From Rhynchobatus australiae (lineage: Eukaryota): 64,000 nucleotides of DNA. The position numbers and the translations under genes are program-made. Each line of letters opens with the position of its first letter. The first letter of the stretch is position 1. The stretch covers positions 26,058,753-26,122,752 of the forward strand of contig JAUZTB010000118.1 of NCBI GenBank assembly GCA_034780895.1, written 5' to 3'. This document shows positions 37,476 to 49,879 of this stretch, piece after piece. The notes beneath the pieces are model-generated. The model was not told the origin of the DNA and did not search any database. It saw only the letters and a program-made list of their open reading frames with translations.

Positions 37476-37695
37476 CGGGTCCTCTCCAGGTTACAAATGC
37501 CCAACTTGTGTACAGCCCATACCTACGAATGAGCATTTGGGAGACCGGCAGAATGGATTTGCCGGCTGCTGCGGGGCTGCAGGCATCTTCTGCCGTGTGG
37601 GAACTCGGTTCGTGGCCGCATTTCCAGCTCCTGAGCTGTTCGAGTTATGAACAGTTCACAGGAACAGAAACCTGTCGTAACCTGGGGAGGACCTG
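37476..37695. mobile_element. 220-bp Tc1/mariner (Tigger-like) MITE
   Basis: TIRs CGGGTCCTCTCCAGGTTAC and GTAACCTGGGGAGGACCTG (17 of 19 complementary), flanked by TA on both sides. Confidence 0.85.
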
Positions 37696-37989
37696 TAATT
37701 TATGAATAGTAAATTATGAAATGGTTCATAGTAATATTAATGAATAAATGGTAAATAGGCCTTAATGCGGTGGTGGTCCCCAGGCATCTGAAAAAAATGT
37801 TGGTCTTGAAGTCAGGTCACATGGCATGAATAGTTTCAGTACCAAAGGTGCCAAAGTACTTGCAGATTCTCCTGTGAGTCATGAGTAGACATTGAATTAC
37901 TCGCTGAATTATGTAGTGGGTGGTTCATATGTGTATGCTGAATGTAAGCAGAGTAATAATTAATGATGTCAATCCCAGTAGGATCCTTC

Positions 37990-38746
37990 TACACAGTGTA
38001 TGTTCCATGCAAATCAAATAATTTTCCACCCCAGATTTTGCAACTGAGGGTTCATCTTCCTCTGATCCAATATCTGCACCTTCCTCATTTTTTTGCTACA
38101 CGATGACTTTTCGACGAAAATATTTGGAGTTTCACCTCTTCTTTATGTTACCAGGTTTGTGTTCCATTTCAAAAGATGTGTTTCACAACCATATCTTGTT
38201 CTTCTTCCACAGATGGATCCATACTATCTTCAAAATTCTTCAGAGTTGCACCCAAAGTTAACTATTTGCGATTGATAAATTGGCTCGTCTTTTCCTTCTG
38301 GTGTACCTTTGGTTATCTGATCATTATTTTGCCCTTTCCCATTTGCACTCTTTGCTAAGAGTGTTATTGATGTTACCTTTGCATCAGAAGAGGGCTGTTC
38401 TATAAATTTGTCCATTTTGTTTTTCTTGGGAATGTTTATATCAGCAGTTGATACTGAAAAGACTGCGACTGTAAAATCTTCAATAAGCAGAGGATTTAAT
38501 TCCCTCATCTCTTTACTTTCATCTTCTTTTGCCATGATTCCCTCTTCCAGTATAATCTTACTTATCCTCCTCAACCTTCATCCACTTGCTAATGCCTGAA
38601 GATTTTTACCATTTTGAGAAATTGTGACATTGGATTCTGGAATACATGTTTGCTTTATCAAGTCAGTACTGCTTTCTTCAACTGATTCAAACACAACTTT
38701 GTTTGATTTAGTCTAAATTGAACTTGTGGCCTGCTGCTTGACCATT
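37990..38746 (-). pseudogene. decayed coding-like segment of unknown origin
   Basis: One frame reads about 170 codons with only two stops (MVKQQATSSI*TKSNKVVFESVEE..ASG*RLRRISKIILEEG..NSEEF). Frameshifted acidic continuations follow (EDSMDPSVEEEQD, KNEEGADIGSEEDEPS). No family recognised. Confidence 0.35.
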
Positions 38747-38854
38747 TCATAAAGTTCAGTAAAAGGTAAAAAGCAAGGCATTTGATAAGGTACCCCATGC
38801 AAGGCTTATTAAACGTTATGGACTAGGACTATTAGTGAGTGTCCCTTTTAGATT

Positions 38855-38859
38855 GTGTG

Positions 38860-38890
<31 letters not shown>
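38855..38890 (+). repeat. (TG)n microsatellite at gap edge
   Basis: Seen directly. Confidence 0.9.
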
Positions 38891-39399
38891 TNNNNNNNNN
38901 NNNNNNNNNNNNNNNNNNNNNNNNNNNNNNNNNNNNNNNNNNNNNNNNNNNNNNNNNNNNNNNNNNNNNNNNNNNNNNNNNNNNNNNNNNNATGTGGGAG
39001 GAAGGGGTTAGATAGTCTTAGGTGTGGTTTGAAGGTTGGCACAACATGGTGGGCCGAAGGGCCTGTATGGTGCGGTATGGTTCTATGGAATGCTGATTTG
39101 ATGAGTCCTGTCATATTGGACAGAGAACCTTCAACCTACACCATTGGCCTTCAACCTACACCATTGGCTAGAAATATCAGCACACATTTTTCCATAGGCA
39201 ATGTGGGCCACCCTTTGTGAAAGTTGCATAAACAGTGAGAACTTCAATTGTGATGTTCATGGAACAACATCTTTAGTTTTCCTTGTGTAATGCTGCATTG
39301 GAAGAGATCTAAGGCAGTCCCCTATCTGAATGCACTTTGAAGCAGGTCCCTGTGATTGGCAATATTGGCAGAACTGGGAGACACAATGGTCTGGGGAGC

Positions 39400-39960
39400 A
39401 GATTAGGTGGTGGTTTAGATATGATTAGTGTTTGAGGTTGTGACTCCAGCCCAGGCAGGGAAGGGGTGGGGTGCAGATGCAGTGGTAAAGAAGCCTCAGC
39501 CTTTATCAGTGCCCAACAGATACGATGAACCATTACTGGTAGAGATAAGCATAAAACACATCATGGAAGGTAGGCAAATTGACCAAAATACTGTGGTGCA
39601 GAAAATGGAGGTGAGATGAAGGAAGGGCAATGTGGTGGTGCCAGAATACACTCATGGTAAGGGTTAGTCAGGAGAATAAATAATGTCCTCTGATGAATTA
39701 ATGAGGCAAAGAGATCATGGGATTTGCTGTAAAATATTTGCATAGATTCAAGATTGGTTGCTTGAGAGAAAACAGAGAGTTGGAATGAACAGGTCATTTT
39801 CAGGATAGGAGGGTGTAATTAGTGGAGTACCGCAGAGACGAGTGCTTGAGCCTTTAACATTTCCAATCTATATCTGTGACTTAAATGAGGGTGCAAGGAG
39901 CAAAATATCCAAGGATGCTGACAGTACACAGCTTGGTAAGATAATGCAGTGTGAGGAATG
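39400..39960 (+). mobile_element. CR1-like ORF1 and RT scraps
   Basis: PQPLSVPNRYD (ORF1-like) and agtggagtaccgcagagacgagtgcttgagcct (SGVPQ.SVL.P, RT). Confidence 0.5.
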
Positions 39961-39999
39961 TGTGATGGCTTTGGCAGCAGTTGAGCTGAGGCACGAGTT

Positions 40000-40305
40000 A
40001 TAAGAGTCAGAGCATGGAAACCGCCCCTTTAGTTCACCAAATCCATGTCAACCACCAACCACTCCTTTACACTAATCCTACATTAATTNNNNNNNNNNNN
40101 NNNNNNNNNNNNNNNNNNNNNNNNNNNNNNNNNNNNNNNNNNNNNNNNNNNNNNNNNNNNNNNNNNNNNNNNNNNNNNNNNNNNNNNNNNAGCACCCAGA
40201 GGAAAACCACATGGGCACTGGGAGAACATACAAACTCCACACAGACAGCACCCAAGGGCAAAACTGAAACCAGATCTCGGGCACTATGAGATAGCAGCTG
40301 CTGGC
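40000..40305 (-). mobile_element. V-SINE with internal gap
   Basis: agcacccagaggaaaaccac..gggagaacatacaaactccacacagacagcacc. Confidence 0.75.
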
Positions 40306-41269
40306 CAGAGTACAGAGTGATGATGTTGTTGAGGTAGAGGTACACAGTTCTGTGGTTGGAAAGGATAACCTTAGTTTGGCTCACTAACCTCAACTCCACG
40401 GCATTTTTCACTGATGTACCTGTGCCTATTTCAGACTCATTCCTCATATGTTGTCCTTGTACTCATACTCCTCTATCATTAGCTTCCTGCATTCTCTCTT
40501 TTCACTGGGCCTAAAGAATTCGTGCCAATTCTCGTTTCTAATTCTGCATAGTAGAAAACGATTGTTCCTTTGAGGTTAGAGCTCTGACATAATATTTAAG
40601 CAGAACAAGGGATAAAAAATGGATATCTTTGTGCCTGTTTTACAAGCCTAACCAAGGTCCAGTTTCAGAGATTGATATAAATGACAGCAGCACAATGTTC
40701 AATCCCAAATTTAATCAGACCATTTCAGACACTCTCTAGTGGCTGTCAAAAATAGCATTAGGTGTCCTACATATGCAACTGGGAGGGGAGGAGTTGGTAA
40801 TGGCTGTTTTAGATCACCACAGAGAAACTTGGCAACAGACTTTTTTTGAGGTTATGCTCTGAATCAGTGTGTCCAACTAAAGCTAGACCTTTTATAAACA
40901 AACCTCTTGAAAAACATCCCTGTGGAGCTTGGAAATGCAGAAACGTTCATATTAAAGTCCTCATGATCATTCGCACTCACCCTAACTCTGCCCAAGGCCT
41001 CTCCCAATGGGACAAGCAGAACTCATTCATCTATGCAAAAATGTATGAGCTGCCTGCTTAAGCACTGTAGATACCAATAGTTCACGTAATAATGTCAGTG
41101 AGAGACCAGGCCCACTTCAGGCTCCTTCTAGCCTCCAAATGGGCTGGAAATACTTTAATAAACATTGCCAATTTCTCTTTCTTCCTTCCACACATTTTCC
41201 TTATGGCCAAGTAAGAATTCATAAGTTTGAGTATGAATGTACAAGCCAAGGTTTGCTTGAAATAGAATT

Positions 41270-41727
41270 CATTTAGAACATAGAACATGGCCCTTCAACC
41301 CATGATGTTGTACTGAATTAATTATGTTAGTAATTAAATGTCTAAATAAACTAATCACTTCTGCCTATACCATGTCCACATCCCTCCATTCTCTGCACAT
41401 TCATGTGCCTATCTAAGAGCCTCTTAAATGCCTCTATCATATTTGCCTCCACTACCACCCCTGGCAGCACATTCCAGGCACTCACTACTCTCTGTGTAAA
41501 AAAGTTGCCCCGCACATCTCCTTTGAACTGAATCCCTCTCACCCTAAACGCATGCCCTCCAGTATTAGACATTTCGACCCTGGGAAAAAGATACCGGCTC
41601 TCTTTTCGATCTATCTTATAAACTACTGTCAAGTCCCCTCTCAGCCTCCGCTGCTCCAGAGAAAACAACCAAAGTTTGTCCAATCTCTTCTTATAGCACA
41701 TGCCCTCTAGTCCAGGCAGCATCCTGT
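41270..41727 (-). mobile_element. well-preserved CR1-like LINE 3' fragment
   Basis: MLPGLEGMCYKKRLDKLWLFSLEQRRLRGDL..FKGDVRGNFFTQRVVSAWNVLPGVVVEA..FKRLLDRHM with a (TTCTATG)-like tail. Confidence 0.9.
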
Positions 41728-41984
41728 CGTGGATAGTTGAGTTCTCAGAAACAGAAAGTCATAGAGTCATACAGCACAGAAACTGGGCCTTCTGCCCACC
41801 ATATCTATGCTGACCATAAAGCACCTATCTATATTAATCCCATTTTTCAGTACTTAGTCTGTAGCTTACCTTGCCTCAGCCATCCAAATAATCGTCCAGA
41901 TGCCTCTTAAATTTTGTGAGAGTTCCTGCTGCTACCACTTTCTCAGCTACCTAGGAGGGCAGGAATCATTGCCACCCAGTAGAC

Positions 41985-42260
41985 CTTCAGTTTTGCACCA
42001 GGTCTGAGATCTTGACCTTCACCCTTTTCCCCAGTGGACCAAATGCTGAGCTGGTGCATTGAAGACAGTGGTGAATTTCATCATCAGTACTTGCCTTTGC
42101 CAAGAGCGGGCCCTGAAGGTGTGGGAAATGGCCCATGTTCTCCAGGGTCAAAGTCATTTGTTGGCCACTTGAGGGCTCCATTACCACCATTCGTTGGACA
42201 GACAATGTTCACTCTACACATGCAAGTCTCTCAGACACCAGAGGAAATCCTCTGAGAACA
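41985..42260 (-). mobile_element. RTE-clade LINE RT fragment
   Basis: LENMGHFPHL..KASTDDEIHHCLQCTSSAFGPLGKRV resembles RTE LE.V..F.YLGS....DDEI..R...AS.AFG.L.KRV. Confidence 0.65.
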
Positions 42261-43334
42261 TCAGAAGTCTGTTGATCATTTTCTCTGCACAGAAATTTCT
42301 GTTCAATAAGCCAATATTTTTAATGGCCAACAACGGATAGTTGGAACTTAGACATGAGAGTTTTCTGGAGGGATAGTACAAGTGAACTGAAGAATATTTG
42401 CCATACATCATTAAAACTTGATACCAGATTTAAATGTTTTTTTTTAAATTGAATTCACTAGATTTGAAAATGTGTAAAGTTTGTTGACTGAATGCATGCA
42501 CCATCATGGACAATATTTAACACATAGTTTAAAAGAAGATTACAGCTATAATGCTTAGAGTCCACATTTACATGCCAAAGTAGAGCTAAAGTATTTCGAT
42601 TACGTGCACTTTATTTCGTCCACTTCAATTGAGGTGGACCTAAAGAGGTTAAAAGGGTAGAATGACAGTAATATTTAGAACTGTTTACGAATAACTGTTT
42701 AAATATTACATGCTTATTTTTTAGTGAGAGTACTAAGTGATGGTGTACCAATTTGAGATTCATACATCCTCAAATTTAACCGGATTCGGGACATATCTTA
42801 ACCAATAAATCAATATCTTAACATAATGAAAACTACTGTGATACTATTGATATTTATTGTTCTGTCGCTGAAGTTTACGATTAGCTCAAGTATGAGAATT
42901 TAGTACAGTAGTTGCTAGCTGTTTTGATACGTTAACTCCATCGGGTGAGATTATTTGCAATCGTCGGTTCCCCTGGAGTAAAGTACATACATCACGTCTA
43001 ATTCAAGAGACAGCACGCCCAATCATAAAACTCTCCCTCGAAACTTGAACGTTAGCTTAAAGACTTGCGGGCCACACACCACAACTCGAACTGGTTTTAT
43101 TGTTTTGGAATGACGGTGTTAAGGATTGCGGCTGTTAAACGGCAGCTCTGTCACTGCTCGCTGTAAAACGGGCAGCATTGCAGAATGCAACTCTTGCGAC
43201 CGGCCTTTGACGCTGGGGATGGGAACAACCAGCAAAGAGCGGACGCGACACTTCTTTGCGGATTACGGTAAAGGGGTTGGTCACTGTGCCCTGGTTTACC
43301 TGAAGGTTTGCTCTGCTGCTTCGGGTGTGGAGTT

Positions 43335-43376
43335 AGAGAGGGAGAGAGAGAGAGAGAGAGAGAGAGACACACACAC
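43335..43376 (+). repeat. (GA)n(CA)n compound microsatellite upstream of the lurap1l ATG
   Basis: agagagggagagagag...acacacacac seen directly. Confidence 0.9.
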
Positions 43377-43783
43377 TGCAAGATCAGCGAGCGCTGCATT
43401 GACAACGAGCTGTTTGAAGCACCCATTTCCAGCTGCGGACTCACTCACCGTCTTGCCGTGGTAGAATTGAATTAATTCAGAATCTCCTGCAAAAATAACA
43501 GATTTGAGCACTTGCCGCACTTTTCAAACCTCAACTTCCTCAGGTAACCCTTGTCGTCGATCAAGCGAGACAGCTTCGACTTGTCACTCTGCACTGGAGC
43601 GCCTGTGATTCCTGCAAATAAGAAGTAACTATCTTAACTTTGTTACCATCGGATCCATGCCGGTGTGACCCGTTCCGTGTGCACTCCTTCCCAACCTCAC
43701 GATTGGTTCAAAAGATGTTTGATTTGACGTGTTGCAATCTATAATAGTTCCGTTTTGAACCATCAACCATTCATCTGGCGAGG

Positions 43784-43990
43784 ATGGAGGAATGTGTCCT
43801 GCCGGAGTTAAAAGAACTGGAGAACAAGATGGGACGTAAGATTCCTGAAAGCCTGTTACGATCACTTAGGGAAGACCAACCAGGCCGCCACACAGACGAT
43901 AAGGTAGTCCTTGCTACTTCTGGAACATTGAGTAACTGCAACACGTTGGAGAGATTGGAAACCAAGATTCAGATATTGAAGCTGGAGATG
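43784..43990 (+). CDS. lurap1l: leucine rich adaptor protein 1-like, first coding exon (exon 2 not found in window)
   Basis: MEECVLPELKELENKMGRKIPESLLRSLR...LERLETKIQILKLEM matches LURAP1L (recalled: MEDSPLPDLRDIELKLGRKVPESLVRSLR...LERLETKLHLLRQEM). Kozak aggATGG, donor ATG|gtaagt, conserved synteny with TYRP1. Confidence 0.93.
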
Positions 43991-45019
43991 GTAAGTGAGT
44001 GAGTGAGAGAGGGAGAGAAAGAGAGAACGCGTATGGGGTTACTGACAATGTACCGGCGAGATAGTATCAGCCAAGAGATTCTCTGTACACGGGAACACAG
44101 TCTAAGCACGTACACTGCACTGGCAACCGGTTCGCCTGTGTAACACGGAAGGAAAATACCAGGCGTCTCAAGGTATGGTGTTGAACCCGATCCTGGCTCC
44201 ATGTTCTTCATATAAATATGTAGCAAACGAAACTACTTTTTTTTTGGAATACCCTTCAAGAGAAAACAGGACTGGGAATATTATTTTTAATTTGAGGAAT
44301 AAAGATCTGTGCACCTTTTGTCAAAGGTATGTTTTTGAGATTATCTAAGGTATTTTGCCAAAATGTTTCATTTGTCTGCAAAAAAGAATATTTTTTTTCA
44401 TAAAAACTGGCCCTTCTCATAAACAAGACTATTTAAATGTTTTTGTTCTATTAAGGCAAGGGCCTTTAATGGTGTAAGATGGAATACTTTTACAACTTGG
44501 GTGTTCAAATTAGCATCATGCATTCTCAAGTCAGAAACACAAGATCTCAAGAATGTGACTTAGTCCCAATTTCAGGATTGATCCTTATTGCAACCTTATC
44601 TTTCTGGAATGACTGATCAGCAGCCAGCATTCTATTGAATGGTGGAGCAGGCTTGAGGGACCATTTGGCCTACTGTGTGTTCTGTCCTTGTTTTTACATT
44701 ATTATTTTATTACTCAAACTATCATCGGTCTGGCTCGATGTTAACTAAAATCCCAAAGAACAGGAAGGAAAGAACAAACTGCTTTACATACACAGTGTCT
44801 TTTGTGGCCTTGGCCTTGGGACTATTGAAAGTGTGTCAATAAATTAATTTTGAGAGCATTCACGATAGTTTTGCAAGCAAAGTGTTGTGTTTCAATAATA
44901 TCTTAATTTGTATTGTGTGCCTATCCTCTGTCATGGACTGTGATCAGGATTATACAACAGTTCTTGTATAAAAGCAGGGCAGTTCCAAGTGAGTGTTGAT
45001 AGGAAAGTGGCATTGTGGT

Positions 45020-45395
45020 TAAAGTCAAAGTCGAGTTGATTGTCATATACACAAGTACATGTATGCACAGGTGCAATGAAAAACTTACTTGCAGCAGCAT
45101 CACGGGCACATAGTATCAATATAAGCAGCCTTCACAGGAAAGGATAAATTGTACACAATTCTTACAGGAAAGAACACAATTAGAACAAAAAAGTCAATTT
45201 TAGTGCGAAGTGGTCATAGTATTGCTAAACTGTAGTGATTAGGGTTGTGTCGGTTGGTTCAAGAACCAAATGGTTGAAGGGAAGTAGCTGTTCTTGAACC
45301 TGGTGGTGTGGGACTTCAGGCTTCTCTCCCTCCTGCCCGATGGTAGCTGTGAGAAGATGGCATGGTCCAGATGATGGAGATCTTTGATGATGATT
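45020..45395 (-). mobile_element. Rex1/Babar-type LINE 3' end
   Basis: High identity to 587-1020 and 8206-8800. Confidence 0.8.
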
Positions 45396-45419
45396 AGGGA
45401 GCTGAGCTCTTCAAATTTA

Positions 45420-45660
45420 ACTTTTAAATGTTATTTACAGCATGGTAACAGGCCCTTCCGGCCCAATGAGTCCTCGCCGCCCATTTTTATACCCCAAATT
45501 AACCTACCAGTATGTCTTTGGAATGTGGGAGGAAACCGGAGCACCTGGAGGAAACCCACACAGACACGGGAGAACGTACAATCTCCTTACAGGCAGCGGC
45601 AGGAATCGAACCCGGGTCACTGGTGCTGTAATAGCGTCGTGCTAACCACTACGCTACCTT
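45420..45660 (-). mobile_element. V-SINE in lurap1l intron
   Basis: ggaatgtgggaggaaaccggagcacctggaggaaacccac..ggaatcgaacccggg (B box on reverse strand). Confidence 0.85.
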
Positions 45661-47869
45661 GAATACACAAAATTCACCAAAGCCTCCAGTAGATAGCCTC
45701 ACCCTGATTTTAGTTCATGTGGATAATTCAGACCAATAGAAAGACACGTTTATGAAAGAGAGTATGGCCTTTGGTGCCCACAACAGACCGGACAAAGGAA
45801 CTGAGGCCAAAATCAGATCAACCCTAATTTTATTGAAAGCAGAACAGGCTTGTCGGGCTGAGTGGTCTACCCCACTCCTATTTCTTATGTTCTTGGGTAG
45901 ATGTGCAATATAACTGCAGGCTACAATTTAATCACAAAATTACTCAATGAAATTTTAAATGTGTTAATTATTAATACCTTATAGCTCTATCTATTATTTC
46001 AATAAAGACTCATTGTTGTGGTTGGAAGGTAATCATGTTATCAGTGCAATAATAACTTAGTAAACAAGATCAATATGAATTCAGGCAAACCAATCTTCTT
46101 GATATCTTTGAACTGGTTTGTAATAACCCAAACAAACTAGACATCTGGTTGGGCGGGAAATTAAAACTCACTCTGAACCCAACAAGATCACAGCCAGTTT
46201 GAACACAGCCTGGCCTAAGAACGTAATATTTTTCAGGCCCGAGGTGCCCCCACGTGTTCACCTCTGGAAACATAACAGTCTCAAACATGTTATTCACATG
46301 TGATACTGAGCAAATAATCCTCACCCGGATGAAGTACCGGGATGAGCAGGCACAACACAGCCTGGCCTAACTCATCTCGAACCTGAATGTTCTAACAGAA
46401 TGGATAGGCAACCCACCTGATATTGGGGTCCTGTTGGGCTAGATCAGGTCAATAGATTCTACTACAAACTGTATGGATCTCTGCCAGTTACATTTAATGT
46501 GGAGGATGAGGAGACTAGGGATGTAACTGGTTGGTGTTGTGATGAAGGCCTTTCTGCAGCTATACTGTAAAAATAGCTCCAGCACTCCTGCTTGGTAATG
46601 CTTTTTAGGGTGGTTCGTGGGGATGGAAATGAAATTTTCAGAAGGATTAAGGAATTATATCTAACTAGAGTACAGAATGTGGGTCCTCAGTACTGTTGCC
46701 AACTTACGTCATCAGCCTCTGTTTAGGAACACCATGCAAACTAGTCCAACTTACCAATGGGCAACTTGGATGAGTTGTCATATTAAAGGAGGCAAATCAG
46801 AATATAAGGAATGAGTTGGATTAATATGTAGGTAAATAGAAGTACAGCAGGTAGAGTTTAATGAAGATAACCAAAAAAATGAGAGAAATGGGGATACACA
46901 AATTGTATACCTAGTGCTGAAATAACTAAAAATGTAAGTGAAAGGCCCACATTGTCATTCAACATACTCATAACATGTTATTGCACAGAAGGATACCATT
47001 TAGCTCTCTGAGACTTAGATCTTTAAGAGCTGTCTAAGGTCTTTAAGAGCTGTCTAATTAGTTCTACTACATTGCCTGAGAAGTATTACTGTTCCATCCT
47101 GTTTTGCAGTGTTTTACTGAATGTGACAATGGATATCAGATGATAATAGTAGTCCAATATGCTGACATCACAGAAAATGTGGGAAGGTAAAGAAACTTCT
47201 TGTACCTGAAAGGTACTGTGGGATGCATAACAAGAAGTCAGTAGTAACCAATGGCCACAAAGATGAATGCCAGGGTTTTAGTCTCAAAGATGCAGATTAA
47301 TAAACCTTTGAGTGGTTAAGTTTGGTGAATGCAGCTTTAATGCCATAACTTACCAACTGAGCCACAAGGCTTCCACACCACTCAATCTGTGACATTCCCT
47401 CCAATCTCTATCTGTCAGCACTAATACATTCTGTGACATTCATCTCACCTTCACACAGTAAGCATGTTGCAAGCCTCAAACCACAAGTTTATAGCTTGGA
47501 TACACACACTCACACACTAACTATTCAACCGTGACAGTTGCATTGCCACACGTATTGCACAATGCTAAGCGATATATCTCCCTCCCTCTTTCAACAATAG
47601 TTGTTATATAGAAGACACCAGCAACTAATTGGAGGGAGGAGGCACCCATGCATGAGCTAATCACAATGCTGAGGTTGTGGCCAAGGGCAGAACTGAATTC
47701 AGTGAACATGATGGTATCGTCATCCTTTTTCTTGCTCACATACCATTTGTCCTTCATCATCCCACAACCTCTCTTGCTTAAAAGAAGTAGATTGCGCAGG
47801 CATATACTTCCTACCCTTTCTTCCTTCCCTTAATCGCAAAGCAGCCATTTAGTAATAGGCCAGGACTGT

Positions 47870-48185
47870 TTTCCCTGGAGTGAAAGAGATCTTATAAACG
47901 CTAATAAAATCATGAGGGGCATAGATAGGGTCTTTTTCCCAGGGTAGGGGAGGCTAAAAGTAGAGGGCATAGGTTTAAGATGAGAAGGGAAAGATTTAAA
48001 GGGGACCTGAGGGGCAAGGCATGTACAATAATGATGTTTAAAAGACACTTGGACAGGAACATGGATAGGAAAGATTTAGAAAGATATGCGCCAAACGCAG
48101 GCAAAAGGGATTAGCTCAGGTAGGCACCTTGGTTAGCATGGACAAGTTGGGCTGAAGGGCCTGTTTCCATACTTTATGACTCGAT
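47870..48185 (+). mobile_element. CR1-like LINE 3' fragment with internal deletions
   Basis: atcatgaggggcatagatagggt..agagggcataggtttaag..gggctgaagggcctgtttcc. Confidence 0.8.
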
Positions 48186-49364
48186 GGAGGAAGACCAAGA
48201 AGTCAGGGAAGTCAAAGACACTTTCAGCTAGAAATTGGATTTTGCCTATATTTGGTGTGCTGAATAGGCGTGGCGATATGTCCTAAATCTATATGAGGCA
48301 CGATCAAACTAATTGTTAAATTAGGATATCTTCATTTTAAGAAATTTGTGGTGTTCTCCGGATTAAAAGAGTTGGAAGCTGGCTTACTTCTTCACAGGTG
48401 GCAGCTGCTGTCTGAGTCCACAGCTGCCCTCTCTTTACGTGGATCTAAGGATTAGATCCGCACTGTTATAGAGCTCTCTGCATTGCAGCCTGTGTAGTTG
48501 CATTGGAGATGAAGGAAATTTACAGAGGTGGGGGTGACTTGAATGGCATGGTCAATGGGCCCCCCACATGGTGTGGCACTGGCCCATGGGCCCCTTATAA
48601 TATTCAAGAACCACCATCATCATTCATCAGGGCCATAGATTGCAACATCTAGTTAACAGATAGTGCAATCTTTCTAAATTCTGCCTGTGTGCAAAAGGAC
48701 AGCATGTTAAAACCATTTTGGAGTTAATGAAAATAATGATGAAGGGGAGATTTAATTTCAGTTAGAGGTGAAAAGTTTACAATACTTTGCTCCAATTTCC
48801 ATCACTAAGTCAGAAAAGCACGGTGTGCACATTGATGATGTCATCACATACCAGTTTCACGGTGGGCAGGACTTTAATGGACACAATGCAGTGGGTTGTT
48901 TGTGCAATTTATGCATTGAAATACAAGCATTAAATCAATTTTAATTCTGGGTTATTACCCCTTAATTTCTCAGTTGCAGCCAATAATTCAGATGCTGACA
49001 TTCTATTCATTTTAGACTCATGTCTGTCGTGAAGTAGCAGACACAAGTGCATAAGAGATAGGCGGGGATATTGAAGAGCAAAGTCTCACACAGCTACAGA
49101 GGACTGCAATGAGGGCATTGATGAGGCAGTTCACAGAGGGAGTCTCATGGCTCTGCATTATGAAAACTGCATCACCCCCACCTCTGTAAATTTCTTTCAT
49201 CCCCAAAGCAGCAATACAGGTTGTATTATGAAATGCTCTGGGAAACCTGCCAAGAAGATTGCATTCAGTGTCAAGAAGCACAAGGCTTGGAGTCCATTCT
49301 AGCCAGAATGGATCTGCCAACCAATATAATTGACACACTTGTAGACACCATTTGGTACAACAGA

Positions 49365-49572
49365 TTGCAACTGGGGTCAATTTACAGTGGCAAATTAACC
49401 TGCCAACCCGCACGTCTTTGGGATGTGGGAGGAAACTGAACCATCTGGAGGAAACCCACATGGTCACAGGGATAACATGCAAACTCCATACAACCTGCAC
49501 CTGAGATCAGGACTGAACTCGGGTTTCTGGCGCTCTGAGGCAGTGTCTCTACCAGCTTCATCACTGTGCCAT
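49365..49572 (-). mobile_element. V-SINE
   Basis: caatttacagtggcaaattaacct..gggatgtgggaggaaact..catgcaaactcca. Same subfamily as 60380 and 63270. Confidence 0.8.
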
Positions 49573-49879
49573 CCGTAATTCAGGGCAGCGAGACTTGCAG
49601 TTGGTGTCAACATCTCATGGAATCTTAAGTTCATAGAGTGACAGGAAACTTATGACACAGAGGGAGCTAATGTGACCCATCGTATCCCTGGAGGGCAGAA
49701 AGTGCTCCCAGCCTAATCACACCTTCCAGCATTAGGCCTACAGCTGTACAGGTTTATTCTATCCTTTAGTTGTTGAGCTGGTGTACAAGGTTCATTGGAC
49801 GTCAGAGAGGGCAAGCATTAATTGATTGAGAAAGTAGTCATGCAGCTCAGATCAGGCAGCAGTGGAAGTCTGGTTCACT

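Larger units (their letters stand above)
42900..44200. promoter_or_regulatory. CpG-enriched promoter and 5' region of lurap1l
   Basis: CpG frequency is clearly above the flanks at moderate GC, the region is free of TEs, and there is a CCAAT near 43019. The TSS is not determinable. Confidence 0.6.

Noticed and set aside
39127-39168. Perfect 20-bp tandem duplications here and at about 47020-47058
   Set aside because: These are ordinary two-copy micro-duplications in decayed non-coding DNA.
29356-43700. Orthologue of the human antisense lncRNA LURAP1L-AS1
   Set aside because: Nothing in the sequence alone supports a transcript; RNA data would be needed.
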